From contig CP074575.1 in assembly GCA_018394315.1 (NCBI GenBank), forward strand, positions 1,706,615 through 1,770,614: 64,000 bases of DNA, given 5' to 3'. Position 1 is the stretch's first letter. Each line of letters begins with the position of its first letter. Positions 53,510 to 62,350 of the stretch are shown in pieces. Source of the DNA: Mycoplasmatota bacterium (GTDB lineage: Bacteria > Bacillota_I > Bacilli_A > MAG-NZ). A program made the position numbers and the translations under genes. The notes beneath the pieces are model-generated. The model was not told where the DNA came from. It made no database searches and worked only from the letters and a program-made list of their open reading frames with translations.

Positions 53510-55573
53510 TCACTCAGATAATTGCTTATACAAAGTCATAAAATCGTTACTTGAAGTGAAATTGTAACTTGAAAGTAATTTTGATTTTATGATTCTTTCA
53601 ATTTGCTTACTTTTAGTGGGATCTTGGTATATAATGTACTTTAATTTTCCAATAACCTTTTTTACTCGCTGGTTTATATCTTTGTTAAGGACTATGTCAC
53701 AAAATTCTATGGTTGCTTCACTCACATATGATTTTCCAACCGAAATGGTATTCCCCAATTCCTTCTTAACAATGTTTAACCCAAGGAATTTCACATTATC
53801 TCCAATAGATAACAATTTTTTATTCTCTAGTTTCTTACTATTTATTGTTAATTTGACCTTAGATAAAGAGTCAATAACGGATTTTTTAATACTTTCAATA
53901 TCAATTTCATTTTCAGACGAAATCATAATATCATCAGCATATCTTGAGTAAATGCGATTTCTATTCTTACAATACTCCCCAATTTCCTTATCAAACTCAA
54001 AAAGGTAAATATCAGATAATTTTGGTGAGGATACAAAACCAATAGGTAACTTATTCAAGTAATAACAATTGTTCACCATATTTTCGATTTGAGTATGTAG
54101 AATATCTCTAATCGTACTCTGTTGAACATTAAAATCTTCTATGTGATTTACTATTTTAGACACAAGGATATCAGAATTTATTGAGTTAAAAAAACTAGAT
54201 ATATCAGCCTTAAAAAAATACTGACTATTTAAATGAGGCAAAACACAATCATATGTTGACCTACCAGTCTTGTATGCATATGAATTTGAGTCACTCAAAA
54301 CATGATTGTTAAGAAACGCAACAATGTTTTTATGTAGTACTCTTGCATTTTGACCATATTCAGTCTTTGAATAAGTTACTATCCTTCTCTTCTTCTTAGG
54401 AGAAGATACTATGAAACTGCTATATGCTAGTTTATTATACTCATAACTAGGCTTTTGAAGCGCAATCTTTGTGAAATTAATTAACTGTTTATCATTTGTA
54501 ATCATGTTAGTAAATGAACTGTCATTTTTACTTATTTTACTCTTAAATCTAGTAAATATCTCATTGGGATTACTTATTAAACTCCTTCTTTTAGAATATT
54601 TGTTCCCCCCATTTCTGAATAGGATAAGGAACTCTATCATGTGTTTAACTACGTCAAAAATGGACTCACTTAAGTCTACGTCAATATCAAACTTTGAGTT
54701 AACAGCTTCTAATGGAGTTATGGTATTATGAGTAACCAAAGAATTAATGACTAAGGAGTTAACATTCCCAATTACAGATGAAACATAATCATCCAGATTA
54801 TACTTAAACTGATTAATCAATATTTCTGACTTGTTTCCATACTCATCCTTGAGAAATCCTTCGATGATATAAAATAATAATTTTGTTGAACATAAAATAT
54901 TATATCTCTGTGGTTCTAAAACATCACTTGTAAGTTTTATAAAAAAGTCACTAGAGCTCTCATTGGTTATTGAAAAGTCAATCTCGTATTTTTCTTTGTT
55001 TCTTAGTAATGATTTTTTAACTGATTCTTCGATGCTAATGGGTAGCTCGTCCTTAATAAATCCAAAAAACTCGTCAACCACATCGGAAGACTTTGCATAT
55101 CTGTTTACTTTTGGATGGTATCGGACTAAATCCACAATTTCTCTAATATCACGATTTTCTCTTATTGATTTTTTAACATAATACCCTACAGCATCATTAA
55201 TAATGTCCTCCTCGTAAGGTAGAAGTGTGTATGTAAAATTATTTGCCTGAGCATTGGTAAACATCCCATACTCCGCTGCAGTAGATAAGGTATCGAGAAA
55301 AACAAAAGTAGATGCAGACACCTTGGCTAATATTTCCTCCATTAGTTGGATTCTTATATTTTGACTAATAAAAGATTCCTCGGCTAAGAAAAAATCAATA
55401 ATCAAGGGGAAAGGATGGATTCCGTTTACATCACTATGTTCCTCAATATACTTTTTTAAAATTCCTCTCCTGTCTGTTTTATCTCTCCCATCAAAAAAAG
55501 GACCACATAGGAAATACAATGGTCTTGATATTATAATTGATTTATTTAAAGTCCGTTGATTGTTTAGTTTCAT
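53510..55573 (-). CDS. Retron reverse transcriptase with fused N-terminal St85/Ec86-effector-like (NDT-like) domain
   Basis: RT motifs SYAYKTGRS, KADISSFFNSI, LPIGFVSSPKLSD, YSRYADD (53930-53941), KFLGL. N-terminal YFLCG...RR...EEILA...FVFLDTLSTAAEYGMF. Confidence 0.85.
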   Translation of the reverse strand: MKLNNQRTLNKSIIISRPLYFLCGPFFDGRDKTDRRGILKKYIEEHSDVNGIHPFPLIIDFFLAEESFISQNIRIQLMEEILAKVSASTFVFLDTLSTAAEYGMFTNAQANNFTYTLLPYEEDIINDAVGYYVKKSIRENRDIREIVDLVRYHPKVNRYAKSSDVVDEFFGFIKDELPISIEESVKKSLLRNKEKYEIDFSITNESSSDFFIKLTSDVLEPQRYNILCSTKLLFYIIEGFLKDEYGNKSEILINQFKYNLDDYVSSVIGNVNSLVINSLVTHNTITPLEAVNSKFDIDVDLSESIFDVVKHMIEFLILFRNGGNKYSKRRSLISNPNEIFTRFKSKISKNDSSFTNMITNDKQLINFTKIALQKPSYEYNKLAYSSFIVSSPKKKRRIVTYSKTEYGQNARVLHKNIVAFLNNHVLSDSNSYAYKTGRSTYDCVLPHLNSQYFFKADISSFFNSINSDILVSKIVNHIEDFNVQQSTIRDILHTQIENMVNNCYYLNKLPIGFVSSPKLSDIYLFEFDKEIGEYCKNRNRIYSRYADDIMISSENEIDIESIKKSVIDSLSKVKLTINSKKLENKKLLSIGDNVKFLGLNIVKKELGNTISVGKSYVSEATIEFCDIVLNKDINQRVKKVIGKLKYIIYQDPTKSKQIERIIKSKLLSSYNFTSSNDFMTLYKQLSE

Positions 55574-55577
55574 AAAA

Positions 55578-55789
55578 AAATAAAATAGTCTTACTTTACG
55601 AATTGGGAAAGGTAGTTTGATTTCAAACTGTTTCCTGAGCTATGCAGCGAGGGGACGAGTTTGAAATTAAAGTAGCTTTTATAATTCGAAAACTAAATCA
55701 GTATATTATCTCTTGTATCCACAAGAGAAGTGCATCAAATCGAAGTCTCCTTCAATTAACAAACATTTGCTAAGACTATTTTATTTGTC
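55578..55789 (-). ncRNA. Retron msr-msd non-coding RNA
   Basis: Perfect 16-bp inverted repeat 55578-55593 / 55771-55786. G at 55770 directly after the 5' arm, two short msr hairpins, long msd hairpin 55599-55688. Confidence 0.88.
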
Positions 55790-56845
55790 ACCCCCATTAT
55801 ATAGTTTAAAATCACTTTCTGTCAAATAATATTTCTTATCGTTATAATATTTAAAGGGTATAACAATATATGTTTCACCCTTCACATTGTATGTGTGTTT
55901 ATCTAATTCGCTCACCATCTCTAATTCTGTTAACCTCGAACTTAGTAGTCCTACATTCACAGTATTTAGAATTCCATTCAATTCATCCGATACTTCTGGA
56001 GAAATCAAATAACTAAGTCTAACTTCCATATCAAGAAAGTCATCATTGTTTTCGCTAATAGATTGTAGAATAATATTTACAGTTTTTTTTTCGTTTTCTT
56101 GGTCAAAATTTTCTCTAATTAATCCTGTTAGATGATCGATACTCTCGAATTTCTTGCAAAATCCATAGTACTTTGGAATATGGTTAAAACTAAATCTACT
56201 AATAGCATTATCCCAAATCCAACCCTTTTCATTCAAGGATTTTAAAAGTTCATCAGCTAAAGGTTTCTCGTTGTGTTGAAGAAGACTAACTAACAATCGC
56301 AAAACACCTTCATAGTGCCTATCATTAATTCCAATGTCTGAATCCTTTTTTTCTTTTTCAAACAAAACGTTGCTTTTCTCCTGAATTAAGGCTAAAAGGA
56401 TAAGTAATTGTCTCAGTTCTATATTAAACCCGTGAAAATCTACCCTCTGAGACACAAAATCAGTATTGATTAGGTTAAAGTGTTTCAAAAAATAAGGGAT
56501 TCCTTTATAGGTGAATACACCAATTTCTTTCCTTGGTTCTCTTAGAATGTTCATCATCTCCACACGGTTAATATTGGTGAAAATCAATAGAACTTCATAT
56601 ATCATTGGGATTGTCATATAGACACTACTCTTGTTATCTATAAGGTAAAATCTTGGTTCATTTCCATTCACACGAATTTGAAAGTTATAAGAAATTTCAC
56701 CATCTATTCTATAAATTTTGGGAACACTGACTGTAATGTTATCAATGAATCGAAAATAAGGAGCTATTCCATACTTCTTATTTTCTCTGAAATCTATCAC
56801 GGTTCGATTAAAATCAGTCCTAGTAGCATAAAAAAATTCTTTCAC
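55781..56845 (-). CDS. Hypothetical protein, 354 aa, directly upstream of the retron RNA
   Basis: GAGG RBS, GTG start, long ORF, no family recognised. Confidence 0.7.
   Translation of the reverse strand: MKEFFYATRTDFNRTVIDFRENKKYGIAPYFRFIDNITVSVPKIYRIDGEISYNFQIRVNGNEPRFYLIDNKSSVYMTIPMIYEVLLIFTNINRVEMMNILREPRKEIGVFTYKGIPYFLKHFNLINTDFVSQRVDFHGFNIELRQLLILLALIQEKSNVLFEKEKKDSDIGINDRHYEGVLRLLVSLLQHNEKPLADELLKSLNEKGWIWDNAISRFSFNHIPKYYGFCKKFESIDHLTGLIRENFDQENEKKTVNIILQSISENNDDFLDMEVRLSYLISPEVSDELNGILNTVNVGLLSSRLTELEMVSELDKHTYNVKGETYIVIPFKYYNDKKYYLTESDFKLYNGGDK
55796..55825 (-). promoter_or_regulatory. Sigma70/SigA promoter of the retron
   Basis: TTGACA(55825-55820)-N18-TATAAT(55801-55796). Predicted +1 near 55789, just before the 5' arm. 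Confidence 0.8.
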
Positions 56846-56926
56846 TATTACAATCCTCGTTTCATTTAAACTATAAATTGAAATACACTTTGGTTTGAGT
56901 ATTCTTATGTTTTAACTCGTTCTATT

Positions 56927-58081
56927 TTAGTATCTTAAAAAGATTTCTATATTGATGAACTTATCAAAAAATTTCGCTCTTCTTTGTGCTATTTTTGCAT
57001 CGCCTTTTGACTTAAATCTTGTTCCTTCTTTTGCAAAACTAATATCATGAATATAGTAATCATTTGAAACAACTTCTAAATCACCATCACATACAACAAC
57101 CCAGTATCTCTTCTTAGGTCTATTGTGTTGATATGAGAAATATGGATCTAAGTATCTGTAACCCCACATAACTCTCTTATTTACTTTAGCATCGTCAAAA
57201 GCTTTGTACATCTCGTCAAGATATAGCCTATCTCCATCTATATGATCAACAGTTGCGAATCCTGATTTCACCATAATGTAGTTAAGTAATTGATACTCTC
57301 CGTCAATCTTTAACCATACCCAACAAAGCCCTCGACCATATCCATCTCTCATCCTACTTTCTACATCCTGCTGAATGACTACTTCTTCAGTTTTACTTAT
57401 TAAATGCATCATATAGTCTCTAGCTAAAATACCCCACTTACCTATACTCTTTATGGTCTCTGGTGTGTCTATTGCTAGTAATCTTAATCTTGAATTCTCC
57501 TTTAAGTCAACTCTTAAGGTATCACCATCAATAACCAAATATACTTTGGCTACTCTAGCTGCACATTTACCTGTATTTTTAAAATCACTAAATTCATACT
57601 CCAAATACTTTTCATCAAAGATTGGACCATCATATTCAACTTCATATGAAGTAACATCAAAGATGTACGTATCTAGTTCACTAAAGGCATAGATATCATA
57701 TACACTAACACCTAATCCTTTTGCTATATCAACTAAGGTATCGATACTGATATTACCTGTCATACTTTCATATTCAGATATTGTTGAATGAGAACAATCA
57801 GTTAAGATTCCTAGTTGAGTCATTGTTAAGTTTTTTTCTAATCTAAATTCAACTAATCTATCAGCTACTTCTTTTTTTATAGTTTCATAATCAATCTCAA
57901 TGTCCAGTCCATTAATCATCTTACATAGGTTTTTAACAGTAGTATTTCCAGTAGATTTTTCAAACTTGGATATTGTTCTGTTGTTAAGTCCAGTAATCTC
58001 ACATAGTCTTTTTACAGAGACATCCTTGTTTAATCGTATTTTTCTAAAATTGCTAGCAATATCATTTTGAAGTTCATTTAA
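56927..58081 (-). CDS. Tandem XRE-HTH domains fused to a thermonuclease (SNase) domain; start codon non-canonical or mutated
   Basis: SNase motifs VIDGDTL, RLLAIDTPE, RDGYGRGL, LNYIMVKSGFA. The frame stays open upstream of 57919 through a second HTH (FRKIRLNKDVSVKRLCEITGLNNRTISKFE) to TTA at 58081 after GGAGG. Confidence 0.75.
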   Translation of the reverse strand, partial: LNELQNDIASNFRKIRLNKDVSVKRLCEITGLNNRTISKFEKSTGNTTVKNLCKMINGLDIEIDYETIKKEVADRLVEFRLEKNLTMTQLGILTDCSHSTISEYESMTGNISIDTLVDIAKGLGVSVYDIYAFSELDTYIFDVTSYEVEYDGPIFDEKYLEYEFSDFKNTGKCAARVAKVYLVIDGDTLRVDLKENSRLRLLAIDTPETIKSIGKWGILARDYMMHLISKTEEVVIQQDVESRMRDGYGRGLCWVWLKIDGEYQLLNYIMVKSGFATVDHIDGDRLYLDEMYKAFDDAKVNKRVMWGYRYLDPYFSYQHNRPKKRYWVVVCDGDLEVVSNDYYIHDISFAKEGTRFKSKGDAKIAQRRAKFFDKFINIEIFLRY

Positions 58082-58237
58082 GACCCCTCCAACGTATGTT
58101 TTAGTATGAATTTAATAGAATTTTCTTAAAGATATTATACCATAAAAATACAATATTCGCTATTGATAGTCATTCGACAAGGTTCGACAATTTGGTATCT
58201 ATAGTATCTATTTCTATAGATGTTTTAGAGGAGTTAT

Positions 58238-58740
58238 ATGCTTGAAGATAAAGTGAACAATCGATACATGAATGATGAAGTATTTACATTGGTTGAGAAT
58301 TATTTAAAATAACTGGTGATTTATTAAATCTTCAAAGTATTGAATATGAACTAATTTCAGCTGACCTCTTCAATGAAAAAGATATCACAGCTATTTTCAA
58401 TCCCAAGGATAAAATAATATTAATCAACAAGGATTGGTTGATTCATTCCTCAGCGTTGCATGTTTCGGAAGTCATTTTACATGAGTCTAGACATCTATAT
58501 CAGTATGAATGTGTTTATAGCAACATCAGTCACTGTCATTCAGAAAACACTATTACTAAATGGAATTTTGAGTTCGAAAATTATGTTCTTTATTCACTAG
58601 AGTCTTTACCTAGACATCTCATTCAAGCAATTGAGAAAGATGCTTATAAGTTCGCAGCAACCACATTGAGTAGATTTACATTTACTGGTAAACAGAAAAA
58701 GAAAAATAAGCCAGAGGCTTATTCATCTAATAGTTTTTGA
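58238..58740 (+). pseudogene. Frameshifted HExxH zinc-metallopeptidase-like gene
   Basis: GAGGAG-ATG at 58238, stop near 58310. Continues in the -1 frame to ILINKDW...VILHESRHLYQY...IEKDAYKFA. Confidence 0.65.
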
Positions 58741-59213
58741 ATTTTGGAATGTTCTTCTTCCATATTTTCTTTTGCTCATTCTTATCTAGTTGTTTAATTG
58801 ATTCCTTCAGTTCAACTAAGAATGATTTTAGATTACTTATTGATGATTTCATTTTACATCCACCTTTCTTTTTGTATAACCTAAAAAGAATATATGGATA
58901 TAATTAGTTCAAGGACGCGTAGCGCTTGTACATCCTTGAAGTAAGTATGACATATGTTAGGTTACACCAGCAAAAAGACGGTGAAATGAGATTAGAGTAA
59001 TATTATCAGTTAAATATAAGTTAGAAATTAGAACATTTCATCTAGTTCATCGAAACTGGTAATTCTGGAGTCAAAGTCCGTTCACGATATTATGGAAACA
59101 TTACACAATTAAGTTTTCTAAAAGCAATCACATTTCTACTTGCAAAGAGTAGAGTTTATTAATTAATTTATACCCATTGTATCAGATGACTATGAACTAC
59201 AAGTTCGCACTAT

Positions 59214-59240
59214 GAAAAAAAGCGAAATACTCGCTTTTTC
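59214..59240. terminator. Bidirectional terminator-like hairpin
   Basis: AAAAAGCGA-AATAC-TCGCTTTTT. Confidence 0.55.
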
Positions 59241-59349
59241 TATTTTCTCATATATAGTTATCCAGCTCTCAATCTAGAACAGGAAATTACACCTAGAACC
59301 TAAAAAGGTTTGGTGAATTTTCATCTATAAACACATATATTATAGAAAC

Positions 59350-60522
59350 TTAAAGTTTTTTAGTTACAACTTTCATGATGTGTTCATATGCATTCATCGA
59401 CTCAATTGTCTGCTTATGCCCATAATAATCTGTAATATTTCTTTCGACAGCATACTGGTACTTCACATTATATATTTCCGGATCCTTCTTTAGTGACTTC
59501 ATGACTGTTCTATAGTGGTATCTACAGCAATTCCCAAAAAATTTACCACTCCCACACAAGCACTCATCCCTAAACTGGAGTTTTGAAAAATCATGATGAA
59601 TTTTGAATTGTAAAAAATCATGTTTGCTTTTATCTCTTTCATAGAAAAAAACCTCCTTTTTTAATGCAGTCATGCTATGATTACCAGAATCAAACTTTGC
59701 AAAAGTCATTGATGGTCTCGTGTGAGTAAAATTCTTCAAGGATTTTACCAAATTGATTTCTTTTAGGCAAACCGCCTTTACATATGAGTTATTAATAATT
59801 ACATTATTTACTTGAGATATTTCATCCTCTAATAGGTTGCAAATCTTACCAGATTGAATATATTTAGGTGGTTTACCATTAAGGAAAACTAAATAGTAAG
59901 TAGAACTTAATGGAATTAAAACAATAACATCTCTAAACCCAATCATTCTGTTGGTACCATTTATGAATCTAGATTTAAAATTCAAGGATGCTGTTGACAA
60001 AAATTGATCACTTATAATAAATCCTTGATTACTAGACTTAATAATTGATACTTCATAGTTATATTGAATCGTCTTAGATAGATTATTTATATAATTTGAA
60101 TCAAAGATATTTGCCATTACTTTATCTATTTTATCATCTTCATTGATATTCCCACCATGATTTCCAATTTCATATAAGACAGCACCACTTCTGTAATAGT
60201 AAATCAAGAATGAAGGCAATAATCTATATATTTGAGTTAGTACACTAGCAAGTATATTCTGGTCTTTTTCAAGTGTTTCAATAGATCTAAGTAACTCCAA
60301 AAGTTTTTTTGTGTACTCACTTTCCATTTTACCAAATTGTTTTTCAAGAAAATTAGTCTCGCTCCTAGACGACTCATAAGTATACTTACTAGACATAGAA
60401 TTGCTTATGTTTGTCTTATATATTTTGTTCTCTGGCAAAAACACCTCATAAGTTTGATTGTTATCTGCAAATTCACGTAAAACTTTCTCTTGAATATAAT
60501 GTTGATTCTTTACTGTTCCCAA
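59350..60522 (-). CDS. DUF4238-like protein with SEC-C zinc motif
   Basis: NQHYIQEKVLREF, FIISDQ, IPLSS, CLCGSGKFFGNCC. TTG start after GGAGG. Confidence 0.7.
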   Translation of the reverse strand: MGTVKNQHYIQEKVLREFADNNQTYEVFLPENKIYKTNISNSMSSKYTYESSRSETNFLEKQFGKMESEYTKKLLELLRSIETLEKDQNILASVLTQIYRLLPSFLIYYYRSGAVLYEIGNHGGNINEDDKIDKVMANIFDSNYINNLSKTIQYNYEVSIIKSSNQGFIISDQFLSTASLNFKSRFINGTNRMIGFRDVIVLIPLSSTYYLVFLNGKPPKYIQSGKICNLLEDEISQVNNVIINNSYVKAVCLKEINLVKSLKNFTHTRPSMTFAKFDSGNHSMTALKKEVFFYERDKSKHDFLQFKIHHDFSKLQFRDECLCGSGKFFGNCCRYHYRTVMKSLKKDPEIYNVKYQYAVERNITDYYGHKQTIESMNAYEHIMKVVTKKL

Positions 60523-60786
60523 TTTTACACCTCCAAATTCATCCTTTTCCAGGTTACAATTGCTATTTTTGGCCCATAGCCCGATAAACAATTGATATGC
60601 ACGATGTCGATTCTTATGATAGTGAGACTAAGATAATCGACTCATCAACCCTTATCGATGTGTTTATCATGCTGCATAGAGCACTATCCTTATTCTATCA
60701 CTATCATATATTGAAACTACTACAAATGAAAGAAAAGGACTCAATGTCCCTTTGGCTAGTTCAAACAAGTTTATTAGTATGATACA

Positions 60787-61386
60787 TTAACCTTGAACGA
60801 AAATGCGTTTTACTCTTATCTTAAGACTTTTAAACATTCGCCTTCTTTTATTTTTCCTATTTATTTTCAGATGATCAATATCCTTGTATATCTTAATACC
60901 GTTAATTTGACCAATGATATTTCTTCTGTATTTATACTTCGTAGAATGATGAAACAGCTTGGATTCATGATATTTATTCTCAAACCCATAAATTCCATTT
61001 TTCTTCAAGAATTTAGCATATTGATAGTAATGGACAATTAGATTTTTCCTAAAATTATCATAATCTACTTCATAACTTAATGCATAAACTAAACTTTTTC
61101 TCACATTACCTCTGATGACTTTTATTAGATTGAATATCATAAATGATTTTCCATTTTTTATGTTTCTAATTTTGAAGTCTTTATCGTATTTATCTCTTAA
61201 TTCTTCTTCAGAAAGATTTGCATAGTGGTACTTGTTATAGAACGCATTATACCATGCTTTAATCTCATCGACTTTTATTTCGTTTATCGTCTGTAAATGA
61301 CTTAAAAATAAACAGTGATTATTTATAAGAAAAAAAAGATTAGTATGAATCTCATCATATTTATTCTTTCTTTCAATATTAATTAT
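60787..61386 (-). pseudogene. 5'-truncated ORF abutting the tRNA 3' end
   Basis: The frame of ORF 60787-61140 stays open to 61386 with no ATG/GTG/TTG in the extension. Confidence 0.6.
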
Positions 61387-61391
61387 TTAAA

Positions 61392-61478
61392 TGGTACCGG
61401 TGGCCGGACTCGAACCGGCACGGGTTTGACCCCATTGGATTTTGAATCCAACGTGTCTACCAATTCCACCACACCGGC
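61392..61478 (-). tRNA. tRNA-Leu(CAA)
   Basis: GCCGGTG acceptor stem, TTGGA-TTCAAAA-TCCAA anticodon arm, long variable arm, GGTTCGAGTCC, encoded 3' CCA. Confidence 0.96.
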
Positions 61479-61501
61479 ATTAAAAGATGACTCAAATCAT
61501 C

Positions 61502-61750
61502 TTAAAATGAATCAATGTCGATTCTTACTCTTTTACCTCTTTTTGCTGCACCTGCATATGCAATAGTTCTTACTGCATTCGCAACTCTTCCGTTTTTACC
61601 TATTACTCTACCTAAATCATCAGAGTTAACTAAAACTTGAAGTGTTGTTAAATCATTTTCTTCAGATAAAGTTTTTACAACTAAATCATCAGGATGCATA
61701 ACAAGTGGTAAAAATAGATTTCTTACTAGATTTTCATATTTTTCCATCAA
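61502..61750 (-). CDS. khpA: KH-domain RNA-binding protein KhpA (YlqC)
   Basis: DLGRVIGKNGRVANAVRTI, directly downstream of rpsP. Confidence 0.9.
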   Translation of the reverse strand: MMEKYENLVRNLFLPLVMHPDDLVVKTLSEENDLTTLQVLVNSDDLGRVIGKNGRVANAVRTIAYAGAAKRGKRVRIDIDSF

Positions 61751-61759
61751 AAATCACCC

Positions 61760-62032
61760 TTACTTAGTGTGCTTTTGTTCATGAAACTTCTTCATAATTC
61801 CTTCTTTAGAGAATAGTGATTTAACTGTATCAGTAGGTTTTGCACCATTTTGTAACCAATGCATTACTCTTTCTTCATTAATCTTAACGATTGCTGGTTG
61901 TTTTACAGCATCGTAAGTACCTACTATTTCTATAAATCTACCATCTCTTGGCGAACGAGAATCAGCTGCCACTACGCGATAGAATGGTTTTTTCTTTGAA
62001 CCAAATCTTTGTAATCTAAGTTTAACTGCCAT
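61760..62032 (-). CDS. rpsP: 30S ribosomal protein S16
   Basis: [35 protein letters not shown]. Confidence 0.97.
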   Translation of the reverse strand: MAVKLRLQRFGSKKKPFYRVVAADSRSPRDGRFIEIVGTYDAVKQPAIVKINEERVMHWLQNGAKPTDTVKSLFSKEGIMKKFHEQKHTK

Positions 62033-62098
62033 TTATACTACCTCCTATATAATTCTACCTAGTTATTATAACATACAGAAAACAAGTGTCAAGTATTT

Positions 62099-62341
62099 TT
62101 ACTTAACACTTACATTTTCTTCAAATGTTAAATTTGTCATATCGTAAAGTGATTCAATAACGCTACTAACACCTTTTACTTGTCTAATCTGTTTTGCATA
62201 ACCCTTATATCTTTTTGCATCACAATAGGCAATTAGATACTTATTTTTTTTAGAGACATAAGTTACATTTGCGATATTTTCAATTTCTTTTCTTACTTTG
62301 TGATTTCTAAAAAATACTACGAATCCTTTTCTGTTTACCAT
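62099..62341 (-). CDS. YlbG-family protein
   Basis: RKGFVVF...VTYVSKKNKYLIAYCD. Synteny with ylbD/ylbE-like genes. Confidence 0.7.
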   Translation of the reverse strand: MVNRKGFVVFFRNHKVRKEIENIANVTYVSKKNKYLIAYCDAKRYKGYAKQIRQVKGVSSVIESLYDMTNLTFEENVSVK

Positions 62342-62350
62342 AACACACCT

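Larger units (their letters stand above)
44604..61396. mobile_element. Decayed genomic/defence island at the 3' end of tRNA-Leu
   Basis: Flanked by the tRNA 3' end and an integrase remnant. TAAATGGTA occurs at both ends (44604-44612 and 61388-61396). Cargo is nucleases, ATPases, a retron and pseudogenes. Confidence 0.65.

Noticed and set aside
53510..55573. RT as a group II intron, DGR or CRISPR-associated RT
   Set aside because: No intron domain V/VI or maturase/endonuclease tail seen, no TR/VR pair, no cas1. The upstream RNA has retron architecture.
47404..55573. Calling the retron type I-A (PtuAB) or I-B (OLD) because ATPases and an HNH are nearby
   Set aside because: The ATPases are 1.7 kb and two genes away, the HNH has its own leader, and the RT already carries a fused candidate effector. 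A link is possible but unsupported.
3952..61041. Numerous short plus-strand ORFs in the track (e.g. 27272-27799, 39292-39723, 53589-53951)
   Set aside because: Antisense shadows of well-supported minus-strand genes, with no motifs or RBS.
61315..61566. Plus-strand 83-aa ORF
   Set aside because: Antisense to tRNA-Leu and khpA; a shadow ORF.
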